DNA of 64,000 nucleotides from NCBI RefSeq assembly GCF_058153355.1, contig NZ_CM177019.1; one strand, 5' to 3'. Shown piece by piece: positions 1 to 10,920 of this stretch (position 1 is its first letter; each line of letters starts with the position of its first letter). The notes under the pieces were generated by a model. It saw only the letters and a program-made list of their open reading frames with translations, ran no database searches and was not told where the DNA came from. The position numbers and the translations under genes were made by a program.

Positions 1-322
1 ACAGCGGTTTTTCGCTCAAGCAACAGCGCATTCTGGCGCATGATCCGGTAAACACGTTTGGCATTGATCGCAGGCATACCATCAAGTTCGGCCTGTCTGC
101 GAAGCAGCGCCCATACCCGACGATAACCATACGTGGGCAGCTCTCCGATAACATGGTGTATACGGAGAAGCACATCCGTATCATCTGAGTGACGGCTGCG
201 GCGACCATCTTTCCAGTCATCGGTTCGTCTGAGAATTACGTGCAACTGCGCACGCGACACCCGGAGACAACGGCTGACTAAGCTTACTCCCCATCCCCGG
301 GCAATAAGGGCGCGTGCGCTAT
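1..322 (-). CDS. insD: IS2 transposase OrfB (InsD), N-terminal portion only; C-terminus lies outside window
   Basis: Reverse-complement translation of 1-320 reads ...[26 protein letters not shown]... and ...[19 protein letters not shown], matching the IS2 InsD N-terminal region; overlaps insC at a -1 frameshift site. Confidence 0.8.
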
Positions 323-649
323 CCACTTTTTTGCATGCCCGTATTCAACGGCTTCTTTAAGGAGTTCATTTTCCATCGTTTTTTTGCCGAGCAGGCGCTG
401 GAGTTCTTTAATCTGCTTCATGGCAGCAGCAAGTTCAGAGGCAGGAACGACCTGCTCTCCTGCGGCCACAGCAGTAAGACTTCCCTCCTGGTATTGCTTG
501 CGCCAGAGAAATAACTGGCTGGCTGCCACACCGTGTTGCCGGGCAACAAGGGAGACCGTCATTCCCGGTTCAAAACTCTGCTGAACAATAGCGATCTTTT
601 CCTGTGTAGTACGCCGTCTGCGTTTCTCCGGTCCTAAGACATCAATCAT
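284..649 (-). CDS. insC: IS2 transposase OrfA (InsC)
   Basis: ORF 284..694 translation from [26 protein letters not shown]... matches IS2 InsC; start taken at the internal Met (649) rather than the ORF-track extension. Confidence 0.9.
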   Translation of the reverse strand: MIDVLGPEKRRRRTTQEKIAIVQQSFEPGMTVSLVARQHGVAASQLFLWRKQYQEGSLTAVAAGEQVVPASELAAAMKQIKELQRLLGKKTMENELLKEAVEYGHAKKWIAHAPLLPGDGE

Positions 650-690
650 CTGCTCTCCAATGACTAGTCTAAAAACTAGTATTAAGACTA

Positions 691-1845
691 TCACTTATTT
701 AAGTGATATTGGTTGTCTGGAGATTCAGGGGGCCAGTCTATTGTGTGTATCTTAGCCTGTTCAAATAAGATATGAGATACTTTTGCTTGTCCAGACAGGC
801 CAGTTATCAGTCCCATAATAGCTAAAATTTTTCCATCGACATTGGTTATGTCTGATACATAATGTAAAAGCTCTAATGCTTTTTGAGCAGCAAGTTCAAG
901 TTCATATTTTCCATGAAGTGCCAAAGACATATGGCATTCCGCTAGCAGACAATAACATTCTGTTTTTAGCGTCTGTATATCACTTTTATTTTGTAATCCA
1001 TCAAATATAGTCATAGCCCTGTAAATGCTTTCAGGAGTAAACTCGTAAAGTTCTTTCTTACCAGCCAACAGTTCATCTGATAAATAATGATTCTTGTAAC
1101 CTTGATCCGGTTTAGCTAATCTTTCAGAACGCTCTGGATTATGTACCGTTTGAAGGATATTATCTATAATAAATTGTGATGTGTTATGTAGTTCATCAAC
1201 AGGAAGATGATTACTGGCGATGAGGAAAAGATTTTTAGCGTCGATCAGTTCAATGTATAAAGTTTTCACCGCGTTATTCTGGTTTATTCTTCCTGTAATG
1301 AAATAATCTGGCTTGAATCTTCTCAAAAATGAATTTTGCGATATGTGATCATTACAAAAATTTGTCGCAGCCATCGGATAGGTATAAAGGCCCTCGATTT
1401 TTTTATTTGAAATGTTTTGCACTAATTCCTGATTAAGTATTAATGGATCCAGGGTATTCAATGAAGTGGTGAAAGGAAATATAGCTATGGAATAGTCTGA
1501 AGTGTTATCTTCATTTATTCTAGTTTTGAAAACCTGTCCACTGAAACGATAACCTTTCCGGTAGATTGTTTCTATGCAACGATCATAGCCAATTTTTTCA
1601 AAAATGCAGCGCAAAGAATAGATACATCTTGTCAGGGACTCGTCACTTACAATAATATTTTTCCATACTGATTCGATGATCATATCTTTCAGGACAACAT
1701 GACCAGCGGATTCAAGTAATACGATCAATACTCCTAACTCTTTCGGTGGAATATAAATTTGCTCATTTCCTTGAGTAAGAATTCCATCTTCCGTGAGCGT
1801 TAATCCCTCAAGAAAATGATATGAGAATTTATTTTCTAAGTCCAT
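691..1845 (-). pseudogene. ygeH: HilA-like ETT2 transcriptional regulator (ygeH-like), apparently 3'-truncated by IS2; last ~17 codons and stop are IS2 sequence
   Basis: 384-aa ORF with N-terminal OmpR/ToxR-type winged-helix region and TPR-like C-terminal region; reading frame runs across the IS2 end at 741 and stops inside IS2. K-12 YgeH is ~458 aa from memory. Confidence 0.6.
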
Positions 1846-2179
1846 TAGTTAACCTCCATGAAAAAATTGGTTTCTTGCATCCTGCATAAGCAATAGAAAT
1901 AGTGGCTATTCATATTTATGTGTCATTAATGCTATAGGAGTTTACATTCGACATATCTATGGTTGTGTTCACTAATTTATCTTAGGAATTCAGTGATGTA
2001 ATCTGAAATAGCCTTATTCAATTTTGATAAAATAGATTGTTCTCTAACGCGTTGAAAAATAATAATTTATAGTGTGTTCTTAACTGTTTTAAGATGTTGA
2101 TTTAAGAAAACATAAGAGAAGCCGGTCATAGTGGTTAACTGCACTATAACCAGCAATTTTAACCAAATGATTGTAATGC

Positions 2180-2671
2180 TTAGCCATTATCTTCTGAATT
2201 ATCAGTTAAGAGTTCAATATATGCCTGCGCTTTGCTCTTAACACTTTCATCCTCACAATTGTTAATAATATGATAGAAACATTGCATTGCGTTATCGATA
2301 TTTTTAGCCCCAATTTGACATTGACCCATACGATAAATAACTGAATAGTCATCATACGGGGAGTAATTGTAACTTAGTTTGTAAAGGTCATATGCTTGTT
2401 GATATTTCTTTTTTGACTGGCATACTGATGCAAAACCTTTTAGATATTCATGATTATCGAACGCATAAATGCACAGAAATTTATAATAAATTTCTGCGTC
2501 CGTTATATTACCTTTTTCATGGTAGTCGAATGCATATGCATATATTCTATCAAGGATATCAGGAGTCAATCCATGTAGTAATGCCAGATTTTCTCCTTGC
2601 GATAATGCGTGTTTTAGTTGACTTGCCCATTCATCACTGTTATTGAATATTTCAAGTGTATCTGTGCTCAT
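2180..2671 (-). CDS. ygeG: TPR-containing type III secretion class II chaperone-like protein (SicA/LcrH family), ETT2 remnant
   Basis: 163-aa ORF with TPR-like Y/F-rich repeats; position between ygeF-like and ygeH-like genes; AT-rich. Confidence 0.75.
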   Translation of the reverse strand: MSTDTLEIFNNSDEWASQLKHALSQGENLALLHGLTPDILDRIYAYAFDYHEKGNITDAEIYYKFLCIYAFDNHEYLKGFASVCQSKKKYQQAYDLYKLSYNYSPYDDYSVIYRMGQCQIGAKNIDNAMQCFYHIINNCEDESVKSKAQAYIELLTDNSEDNG

Positions 2672-2896
2672 AATATTCCTCTGTGATGTGTTTCGTGATG
2701 CTAAATTATTATTGATTGACTCATTAATTTTTAGTATTTATCTTTTTTGAATTATGAGTTTTAAGCTTGCATTGCTTATGGGTATATTGGTTCATTATTA
2801 GTAAAAATACTGACCACTATAAACCAATAATGTCATTAGTTGTTTTGCTAATATTCACCTTATTAGTTATCTTATTTACGATATTTCATAAATGCC

Positions 2897-3388
2897 TTAA
2901 TAAGCATGACCTTGATTCATATTATCAATTTCCATTTTTTCGATGAAAATTAAAAAGGGGATTTTTGCGAAGGGTAGTAAGTCGTCTGGTTTTTTTTCTT
3001 TATTATGTCTGATGACAAGGGGGGATAGTACGTCGGTGCATATAGTAGAGAATTTATTCAGGTCTAAATTATTCTCTATTTTGGCCAGTTTTATGAGTTC
3101 ATTTGTAGCCATACTCATTAAATCATCTGTTATCGGAAATTTATATATGCTCATAGCAGATAATATTGCTTGCTGAATTATTTCTTCAGAAATATCCGCT
3201 ATCTTTATTGACAAATCATGTGTTAGATATTTTCCTCCAAGAGATTCTTGTTCAATATAATTTAAACCAGACCTCATCGTAATTTTAACTGGATTCACGA
3301 ATTTCTCTTCATTTTTCTTATTTTTGTTCTCCTGATCAGGAACTAATGGTTGCAGTGGTAGGCTATTATTAATATTTCGTGGCTTCAT
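2897..3388 (-). CDS. ygeF: ETT2-associated hypothetical protein (ygeF-like)
   Basis: 163-aa ORF in AT-rich ETT2 remnant, syntenic position; no recognisable domain from sequence alone. Confidence 0.5.
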   Translation of the reverse strand: MKPRNINNSLPLQPLVPDQENKNKKNEEKFVNPVKITMRSGLNYIEQESLGGKYLTHDLSIKIADISEEIIQQAILSAMSIYKFPITDDLMSMATNELIKLAKIENNLDLNKFSTICTDVLSPLVIRHNKEKKPDDLLPFAKIPFLIFIEKMEIDNMNQGHAY

Positions 3389-3818
3389 TTTACATTTCTC
3401 TCATTTGATTAGAGCAAAATCCGAATTCGCAGCTTCTGATAATGTCAAATATCACCTTTTCTAATGCTTTATTCTATCAAAAATCGCTCATTTTTACTTT
3501 TTTTACCATAATGTTACTTAGTAGCATCGGCAATTTACATAACTTACATGTTGTTTTTTATATCCTGAAAAAACAGATAGATAGTGTGCACACTCGAAAT
3601 GATATTGGTAACATAAATAGCTTTGTTCGTGACAAACATCTCAAAAGATTTCCTTTTATTATTTTTGAAATTCATTTGATCAAGGTTATCACCTTATGGA
3701 GACGTTACGTAGAATGACTATATTTGTTATCGGCACATTAGGGGTATTAAATTTAGTATTGATGGAAGGTGATTATTGAACAGTAACATCGAGTCACGGT
3801 AAAAATGTGAGGTATATA

Positions 3819-4244
3819 ATGGACATTGAGTTTTCGCAGATTCATGAAATGGTCTATATGCATGATATTGTAAATTCGGACTCGAAAAAGAAACCAAGGA
3901 TTCCGTTAAAAAAATTCCTTAATGCTGAGAAGGTTCTCACGCAAACAACATCATGGGCACTAAATTCAAGATATGTGAATGTTAATTCTGTCAGTAAAGT
4001 CAACGTAAAGAGTAAAGTTAAAAACAGTTATATCTCACGATCTGTCAATGATGAGTTTAGTTTAACAGATGATGAAATCAATTCTTTTAAAGAAACGTTA
4101 GTCCTTTCCTCTATTGATTCACTAAGTAAACTGGTTCTTAATAATCCTCTTTCTGTATTGTTTACATCGACTGTACGAAGGAATAATAATAGAGCTAAGA
4201 TGAATGTTGAGTTCGACTCATGGATTTGCACCAGATGTTGTTGA
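3819..4244 (+). CDS. yqeK: ETT2-associated hypothetical protein (yqeK-like)
   Basis: ORF 3807..4244 on the opposite strand to its neighbours, AT-rich, syntenic with K-12 yqeK; start codon uncertain. Confidence 0.5.
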   Translation: MDIEFSQIHEMVYMHDIVNSDSKKKPRIPLKKFLNAEKVLTQTTSWALNSRYVNVNSVSKVNVKSKVKNSYISRSVNDEFSLTDDEINSFKETLVLSSIDSLSKLVLNNPLSVLFTSTVRRNNNRAKMNVEFDSWICTRCC

Positions 4245-4392
4245 TACATGATATTTTACATTGCAAGGTGATGTCTAAAATGAAAGATGTTGATCAAAAC
4301 TTTGATGCTTTATACTGGCATATACTACAAGCATATTTAATTTTATTGTTTTATGATTAACGAGGTTCCATCTTTTTGTTATCTATTTAAGT

Positions 4393-4887
4393 TTACCTTG
4401 CACAATGCATGATTGCTCTGTTACCAATACTCAAAATAAAAGCATGCTTACCTTGCTTTAGTATATTATAGCTTACACTTTTTTCTGGAAAGACATAAAA
4501 ATCAGGAATAAGTTCTGCAAGTCTATCATCATCGACTTGATCCATGATCTCAAATTTATTAACTTTCTTTGATGTTAAATGGGCTGTGTCATAGTTTTCA
4601 ATCCATGTGTATTCAATATTTCGCCGTATTGATTTACTTTCTCTGTTACCTTGTTGCCAGGTTCCGCTCAACGCAACAGTTCCTGTTTTATTTTTTTGGT
4701 TATACATAAAGTCGATGGTAAGATTTGCTCGCCCCTTGTCATTAAAAATTACCCAATTTGCAGTGCATGTTTCATTATATATCATTTTTTCTGTAGTATA
4801 AGAGTAAACAATGAAGAGAATAAACCCACTGATAAAAATTAAAATAAATAATAAGTTTTTTTTATAATCAATCACGATTAACCTCAC
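4393..4887 (-). CDS. yqeJ: ETT2-associated protein with N-terminal signal/TM segment (yqeJ-like)
   Basis: 164-aa ORF with hydrophobic N-terminus; overlaps the upstream yqeI stop by 20 bp (operon-like). Confidence 0.6.
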   Translation of the reverse strand: MRLIVIDYKKNLLFILIFISGFILFIVYSYTTEKMIYNETCTANWVIFNDKGRANLTIDFMYNQKNKTGTVALSGTWQQGNRESKSIRRNIEYTWIENYDTAHLTSKKVNKFEIMDQVDDDRLAELIPDFYVFPEKSVSYNILKQGKHAFILSIGNRAIMHCAR

Positions 4888-5677
4888 GGTAAGACAGGGT
4901 TAAACAGCCTGCCACTTCATGTTGGTTATAGTTTTTATTGCATGCCATAACAATCATCCTTGGTGAGGATTTTGCAAGAGGGAAGTATAACCACGGATAT
5001 TTTTTACAGTTAATCCCCGAATCCAGTATCCGTGTCTTATATTTATCGAACTCTTTCAACCCATCAATTGTATCTTCTGTCACATTAAAATGGCAGCCAT
5101 TAATTTCCGCAACAGTCTTGTAATCCTTGAAGAATGGCTTCGGTTGATTATTATTCCATAGCCAATGTGCAGAATATACGCCTATAGCAAATATGCTCAA
5201 CATAATTAGATAACTTTTTATATGTTTGAGGATTTTGTTATTGAAATTGTTTGCGCTACCAATGCTCTCTTTGTACCCCGCATTACCTTTTACGGCAGGT
5301 GGGGTATTGTGTGTATGTGCGTCTGTTGAAGAGTTTATTGCATGATTTTGTATGTTAATGTCATTATGAATCTTGAATCCTCTTCTCGGCACGGTTGCAA
5401 TAAGCGAGTGGGTGGTATCACCAACAGCGCGAAATCCGCGTCTGATAATGGATATGTTCTGATATAACGTGTTAGTTGGCACACGCATACCTTCTTCTTC
5501 CCAGACTCTGGTGAAAAAATCTTGTTGTGCAACCACATCAGGAAAAGCTTCAAGTAGAAGTGATAAACAACGACTGGCTGGCGTTGTCAGAACGACGTTA
5601 AGATCGGCGTTATGTACCGATATTAATTTTCGGTGCTCAGGCCAGAACTCGATATTATCGTTAATAATCCAGTACAT
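4868..5677 (-). CDS. yqeI: ToxR/CadC-like membrane-anchored winged-helix transcriptional regulator (yqeI-like)
   Basis: 269-aa ORF with N-terminal OmpR/ToxR-type DNA-binding region followed by a hydrophobic TM segment (IMLSIFAIGVYSAHWLW). Confidence 0.75.
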   Translation of the reverse strand: MYWIINDNIEFWPEHRKLISVHNADLNVVLTTPASRCLSLLLEAFPDVVAQQDFFTRVWEEEGMRVPTNTLYQNISIIRRGFRAVGDTTHSLIATVPRRGFKIHNDINIQNHAINSSTDAHTHNTPPAVKGNAGYKESIGSANNFNNKILKHIKSYLIMLSIFAIGVYSAHWLWNNNQPKPFFKDYKTVAEINGCHFNVTEDTIDGLKEFDKYKTRILDSGINCKKYPWLYFPLAKSSPRMIVMACNKNYNQHEVAGCLTLSYREVNRD

Positions 5678-6010
5678 ACGTCAATAGACACTAAATCAAT
5701 CGAAATGGAAATCACATAGTTTGCTAAGTATATTGGTATTTACGGCATAAATATATATTAATTTTATATTTATCATAATGATTGAAATGAGGCTTTAATG
5801 TCGCAACGTAAAACTTTACGTAAATTAACATGATTAACATTTACGCCACTATTGTTTGTAAATTCATATTTCGTAATGCTTCTGAATTTTTCGTGTGATG
5901 GTTTTAAATACCATGTTGTTTACTCTTGGGGTTACTGCTTATTTATAAAATACGGGCATTTCAATAGATGCCCGTATAAGCAGAGTATGATTCTGGCAGA
6001 TTGTTGAGTA

Positions 6011-6643
6011 TCAATGTTGGACCGAATGTGAACGAATAAATAACTCGTTTATTTTACCACCCATTCTCTTTTCGATTCGTTGCTTGTACGCGTAGATGCT
6101 ACGGATATCCATATCCAGAACTTCAGCAATCTGATATGGATTATAACCAGAAACCATATACCCCATTATGGTGAATTCCATCTGAGTTAATGTGTTCCCT
6201 CTGGTAAATGATAAATAACGACCTATAAATAGTTGTCTGATCTTTTCATTGGCAACATCAAGACCATCATCATTATATATGACAGCAGATATTGCAGAGT
6301 TGTGTTTTCGCCAGTAGTTAGCTAACGATTGCATATTGCGGTCGCTGACTAAAACAATCCCCATTTCAGTACTTGCAAGATAGTCAATCCAGTCTTTTTC
6401 AAGGAATAGACGTAAAAAACTTACTGAAAAATCGACAAAAATATATCCGCTTAATCTCGCATTGTGGTTTTTTGTTAAGATACCTTCCACCACACCACGA
6501 TTAAAATATGAACTTTCTTCGGGCCACATACAAAAACACGAGTTTGCGCAATACTGCAAACGCGGTGACTCTTCTGGCATTATTTGGCAATGCATTGAGC
6601 AACTATTGCATGTAAGACTTTTATAACGACTACAAAGCCCCAT
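6011..6643 (-). CDS. yqeH: LuxR-family HTH transcriptional regulator (yqeH-like), ETT2-associated
   Basis: ORF 6011..6703 has a C-terminal LuxR/GerE-type HTH (…TQMEFTIMGYMVSGYNPYQIAEVLDMDIRSIYAYKQRI…); start chosen at internal Met to give ~210 aa. Confidence 0.7.
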   Translation of the reverse strand: MGLCSRYKSLTCNSCSMHCQIMPEESPRLQYCANSCFCMWPEESSYFNRGVVEGILTKNHNARLSGYIFVDFSVSFLRLFLEKDWIDYLASTEMGIVLVSDRNMQSLANYWRKHNSAISAVIYNDDGLDVANEKIRQLFIGRYLSFTRGNTLTQMEFTIMGYMVSGYNPYQIAEVLDMDIRSIYAYKQRIEKRMGGKINELFIRSHSVQH

Positions 6644-7102
6644 GTTAAGAACCTCCCTATCCGTATATAATTGCATAATTTCATTGGTTATTGATGATGT
6701 CAATACACCATGATTTTGTAATTTTGCTGGGAAAAATTGCGATTAATCTGTATTTGCTATAATTCTGAGTAAGGCATTTAAAAATGCATTTCTCGTTATC
6801 AAATATGATTATGTTTCACTGATTTAATCTTGCATGGTTGAGAACGGTCCAGATAACTATCTCATGGTATAAGAATATCTATATCGCAAATTGTTTTTGA
6901 ATGACCAGAAGATATCTTGCGAATCTAAGTTATGCATCTTAAATAGTCTTATTTAAGATGTTCAGATCTCTTTGTGTGTTTAACTAACTGATAATACAAG
7001 GATATGACGAGAGAAGTGATAGAGCGGAATAATAACAAATGAACATTATGAAAACTGGAATGGTTCAAAATTGTAGCAATTTTGAACCATTCACAACGGA
7101 TA

Positions 7103-8332
7103 TTAGCTAAAGAACATTACCGATACGCACAGGATACCCACGATCAGCGTAATCAGATTTCCGATGTAACGCCAGGGTTTAAGCGCCGGGATGAGATATG
7201 TTGACAGCGTAGGCATGATGAAAAGTATCATGGCAATGAGCGGGCCGCTGATCGCGTAAATCATCGAAATCGCGTTCGGGTTAATGCAACAAACAAAGAA
7301 GGTAATGAGCGATACCAACATAATTGATAGTGCGCGGTTAAATGCACGACTTTTCTTTACACCAACCTGCTGTAGTGTTGTTTTGACGACCTCCGTGGCA
7401 CCTTCAATAACGCCAAAGTACGTACCCAGGAATGATTTCGACATCGCAACTACTGCGACAATAATCCCGGAAATTGACAACCATGCTGGGGCGTTCGGCA
7501 GCATAGAAAGCGCCGATAAAATGGTAACCCCTTCTTCTTTAGCCGCTTCAATATACGAAGGTGGAATAGAAAGCAGGCAGCTAAAGACAAAGAACAGTAC
7601 ACTTATGCAGATGATGAGATAAGCGACTTTCATAATTTTTTTGCATTTATCCATAGCGTGTTCGCCATATTTTTCACGTCTGTCTATGGCAAACGTAGAA
7701 ATAATGGGCGTATGGCTAAAGGCGAAAACCATCACGGGAATCGATATCCATATCTGGTGAAGGGTATTCTGATTGAACTCTACCTGGGTAGTTAATAGAT
7801 CAGGTTGCCAACTACCGACCAGGTAAATAGATAGAAATAAGAAATAGGCAATCAATGGGAATACCAAAAATCCCATTACCCGAATAGTGGCATGGCGTCC
7901 CATCAGAAAAATGAGATTCAGAATTAATACAACACCCAGACTCACCAACATACGGATGCGAAGATCAATAACCATATGCTTTGCCAGCTGTTCCGTAAGT
8001 GAGTTGGTAATTGCCACGGCATATATCAACACGACGACAAAAAAGGCGATGAAGTACAGCGTGGTAATCAGATTACCAATCTTCTTGCCATAGTAGTGTG
8101 TTACCGCGCCCGTTATCCCTTCACCTGCTGATGTTTTTGATGAGAGGATGAATTGGCATAAGGCTTTATGTGGCCAATATGTTAAAGGCCAGGCGACCAG
8201 AGCAGTAATAAACAGGACCACAGCCCCTGCCGAACCTAACTGAATAGGAAGGAAGAGCGTGCCTGCACCAACGGCTGTGCCGTAGAGCGCGAAACTCCAC
8301 AGAGTTTCTTCTTTTGACCAAATATTAGACAT
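7103..8332 (-). CDS. yqeG: Amino acid permease-like inner membrane transporter
   Basis: 409-aa multi-TM ORF, syntenic with K-12 yqeG next to yqeF. Confidence 0.85.
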   Translation of the reverse strand: MSNIWSKEETLWSFALYGTAVGAGTLFLPIQLGSAGAVVLFITALVAWPLTYWPHKALCQFILSSKTSAGEGITGAVTHYYGKKIGNLITTLYFIAFFVVVLIYAVAITNSLTEQLAKHMVIDLRIRMLVSLGVVLILNLIFLMGRHATIRVMGFLVFPLIAYFLFLSIYLVGSWQPDLLTTQVEFNQNTLHQIWISIPVMVFAFSHTPIISTFAIDRREKYGEHAMDKCKKIMKVAYLIICISVLFFVFSCLLSIPPSYIEAAKEEGVTILSALSMLPNAPAWLSISGIIVAVVAMSKSFLGTYFGVIEGATEVVKTTLQQVGVKKSRAFNRALSIMLVSLITFFVCCINPNAISMIYAISGPLIAMILFIMPTLSTYLIPALKPWRYIGNLITLIVGILCVSVMFFS

Positions 8333-8586
8333 TATCTGAACGTATCATCTACAAATTAAACAAAATGGAGGGCAATTTACCATAAACCAGGTTAAGTATG
8401 GGAGATTAACGCCCTTTCTACCTCTCTATTGGTGGGTTAGTGGTTGCAAACCTTACGTGCCAGTTATGTCTCTGACTGCTGGTCAGGCGTATTTCCTTTG
8501 TGATAAAAATCACTTTTTTTAAACAATTAAGATAACTGTAATTAACAATCATTTACTATTGCACTGTTAATTGGTGCGAGGTTGTG

Positions 8587-9768
8587 ATGAAAGACGTTGT
8601 GATTGTCGGGGCGTTACGGACACCTATCGGCTGTTTTCGTGGTGCGTTAGCGGGTCATTCCGCCGTGGAACTTGGCAGCCTGGTCGTGAAAGCGTTAATA
8701 GAACGTACCGGTGTTTCTGCATATGCGGTGGATGAAGTGATTCTTGGTCAGGTGTTGACTGCAGGGGCAGGGCAGAATCCGGCAAGGCAATCGGCTATTA
8801 AAGGTGGTCTTCCTAACAGCGTTTCTGCAATCACTATTAATGACGTTTGCGGTTCCGGGCTTAAAGCACTGCATCTGGCTACTCAGGCGATCCAGTGTGG
8901 CGAGGCGGATATTGTCATCGCCGGTGGCCAGGAAAACATGAGCCGCGCACCACACGTTCTTACAGATAGCCGCACCGGTGCACAGCTTGGCAATAGCCAG
9001 TTGGTTGATAGTCTGGTGCATGACGGCTTGTGGGATGCCTTCAATGATTATCATATTGGTGTCACCGCCGAAAATCTGGCTCGCGAATATGGCATCAGCC
9101 GTCAGTTGCAGGATGCTTACGCACTTAGCTCGCAACAAAAAGCGCGAGCGGCGATTGACGCCGGACGATTTAAAGATGAAATCGTCCCGGTAATGACCCA
9201 AAGTAACGGTCAGGCGTTGGTTGTTGATACCGATGAACAGCCACGCACTGACGCCAGTGCAGAAGGCTTGGCCCGTTTAAATCCTTCATTTGATAGTCTC
9301 GGTTCTGTGACAGCGGGTAATGCATCATCCATAAACGATGGCGCAGCTGCGGTAATGATGATGAGCGAAGCCAAAGCGCGAGCGTTGAATTTACCCGTGC
9401 TTGCCCGCATTCGCGCATTTGCCAGCGTTGGTGTAGATCCGGCATTAATGGGCATTGCGCCGGTGTATGCGACACGCCGTTGCCTGGAACGTGTCGGCTG
9501 GCAGTTGGCTGATGTCGATCTTATTGAGGCTAATGAAGCGTTTGCTGCTCAGGCGCTTTCGGTTGGCAAGATGCTTGAATGGGATGAGCGTCGGGTCAAT
9601 GTTAATGGTGGCGCGATCGCGCTCGGTCACCCAATAGGCGCGTCCGGTTGCCGAATCCTGGTTTCTCTGGTTCATGAAATGGTGAAACGTAATGCCCGCA
9701 AAGGACTGGCTACGCTTTGTATCGGCGGGGGCCAGGGCGTGGCATTGACCATTGAACGTGACGAATAG
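8587..9768 (+). CDS. yqeF: Acetyl-CoA C-acetyltransferase (thiolase II family)
   Basis: Thiolase signature regions (…NDVCGSGLKA…, …NVNGGAIALGHPIGASGCRIL…, C-terminal CIGGGQG). Confidence 0.9.
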   Translation: MKDVVIVGALRTPIGCFRGALAGHSAVELGSLVVKALIERTGVSAYAVDEVILGQVLTAGAGQNPARQSAIKGGLPNSVSAITINDVCGSGLKALHLATQAIQCGEADIVIAGGQENMSRAPHVLTDSRTGAQLGNSQLVDSLVHDGLWDAFNDYHIGVTAENLAREYGISRQLQDAYALSSQQKARAAIDAGRFKDEIVPVMTQSNGQALVVDTDEQPRTDASAEGLARLNPSFDSLGSVTAGNASSINDGAAAVMMMSEAKARALNLPVLARIRAFASVGVDPALMGIAPVYATRRCLERVGWQLADVDLIEANEAFAAQALSVGKMLEWDERRVNVNGGAIALGHPIGASGCRILVSLVHEMVKRNARKGLATLCIGGGQGVALTIERDE

Positions 9769-10054
9769 CTCTGCATTTCCTCCTTACCGATAAATATCAG
9801 CCGTCATTAATCTGTTGAATAATGGTGGCTGGCGAGTCGACATACATTTTCAGGGCTCCCTGATTTTTCCATTCTCATGACATATTCGTGATCGACACTG
9901 CACTTTTTTCAGTCCTTGCCTTAAAAATGAAACATTGTTTTATTTTTAATTGAAAACCCTATCCCGTGGGCATATCATCCCCTTATAGAGAAAACGAAAC
10001 AGCGTTTCACTATCGTTTTCTATTTTCACGCTTCACTGATTATCGGAGGTTGAT

Positions 10055-10891
10055 GTGGACGTAAGACAGAGCATCCACAGTGCGCATGCAAAAACGCTGG
10101 ATACCCAGGGGTTGCGCAATGAATTTTTGGTTGAAAAGGTATTTGTCGCCGATGAGTACACCATGGTTTACAGCCACATTGACCGTATTATTGTTGGCGG
10201 CATTATGCCGGTAACTAAAACGGTTTCCGTTGGCGGGGAAGTTGGTAAACAACTCGGCGTAAGCTATTTCCTGGAACGTCGCGAGTTAGGTGTTATCAAT
10301 ATTGGCGGTGCCGGTACGATTACCGTCGATGGTCAATGCTATGAAATCGGTCACCGCGAAGCCCTGTATGTTGGTAAAGGCGCAAAAGAAGTTGTCTTTG
10401 CCAGTATTGATACCGCTACTCCGGCGAAGTTTTATTACAATTGCGCACCTGCGCATACGACGTATCCCACCAAAAAAGTCACACCGGACGAAGTATCTCC
10501 AGTCACGTTAGGCGATAACCTCACCAGCAACCGTCGCACGATTAACAAATATTTTGTCCCGGATGTGCTGGAAACCTGCCAATTGAGTATGGGGCTGACG
10601 GAGCTGGCTCCGGGTAACTTGTGGAACACCATGCCGTGTCACACCCACGAGCGCCGGATGGAAGTTTATTTCTATTTCAATATGGATGATGACGCCTGCG
10701 TTTTCCACATGATGGGGCAGCCGCAAGAAACGCGTCATATTGTGATGCATAACGAGCAGGCGGTGATCTCCCCGAGCTGGTCGATCCATTCCGGTGTCGG
10801 AACCAAAGCTTATACCTTTATCTGGGGCATGGTCGGTGAAAACCAGGTCTTTGATGATATGGACCATGTGGCCGTTAAAGATTTGCGCTAG
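10055..10891 (+). CDS. kduI: 5-dehydro-4-deoxy-D-glucuronate isomerase
   Basis: 278-aa ORF matching KduI; followed directly by kduD. Confidence 0.9.
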   Translation: MDVRQSIHSAHAKTLDTQGLRNEFLVEKVFVADEYTMVYSHIDRIIVGGIMPVTKTVSVGGEVGKQLGVSYFLERRELGVINIGGAGTITVDGQCYEIGHREALYVGKGAKEVVFASIDTATPAKFYYNCAPAHTTYPTKKVTPDEVSPVTLGDNLTSNRRTINKYFVPDVLETCQLSMGLTELAPGNLWNTMPCHTHERRMEVYFYFNMDDDACVFHMMGQPQETRHIVMHNEQAVISPSWSIHSGVGTKAYTFIWGMVGENQVFDDMDHVAVKDLR

Positions 10892-10920
10892 TTGTGGGCA
10901 TAAACGAATAAGGTATTGTT

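Larger units (their letters stand above)
1..741 (-). mobile_element. IS2: IS2 insertion sequence, partial (left inverted-repeat end at 741; element continues beyond window start)
   Basis: Reverse complement of 661-741 matches the IS2 terminal inverted repeat as I recall it (TAGACTGGCCCCCTGAATCTCCAGACAACC...), followed by insC and an A6G frameshift motif (rc of ~327-333) leading into insD. Confidence 0.9.

Noticed and set aside
3442-3717. 91-aa ORF between the ygeF-like gene and yqeK
   Set aside because: AT-rich intergenic DNA with low-complexity hydrophobic translation and no clear RBS; insufficient support.
8695-9201. 168-aa minus-strand ORF inside yqeF, and many similar antisense ORFs inside core genes (e.g. 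19774..20196 in aas, 45727..46446 in amiC, 52853..53368 in mltA, 40342..40755 in recB)
   Set aside because: They lie entirely within well-supported genes on the opposite strand and have no independent signals; typical shadow ORFs.
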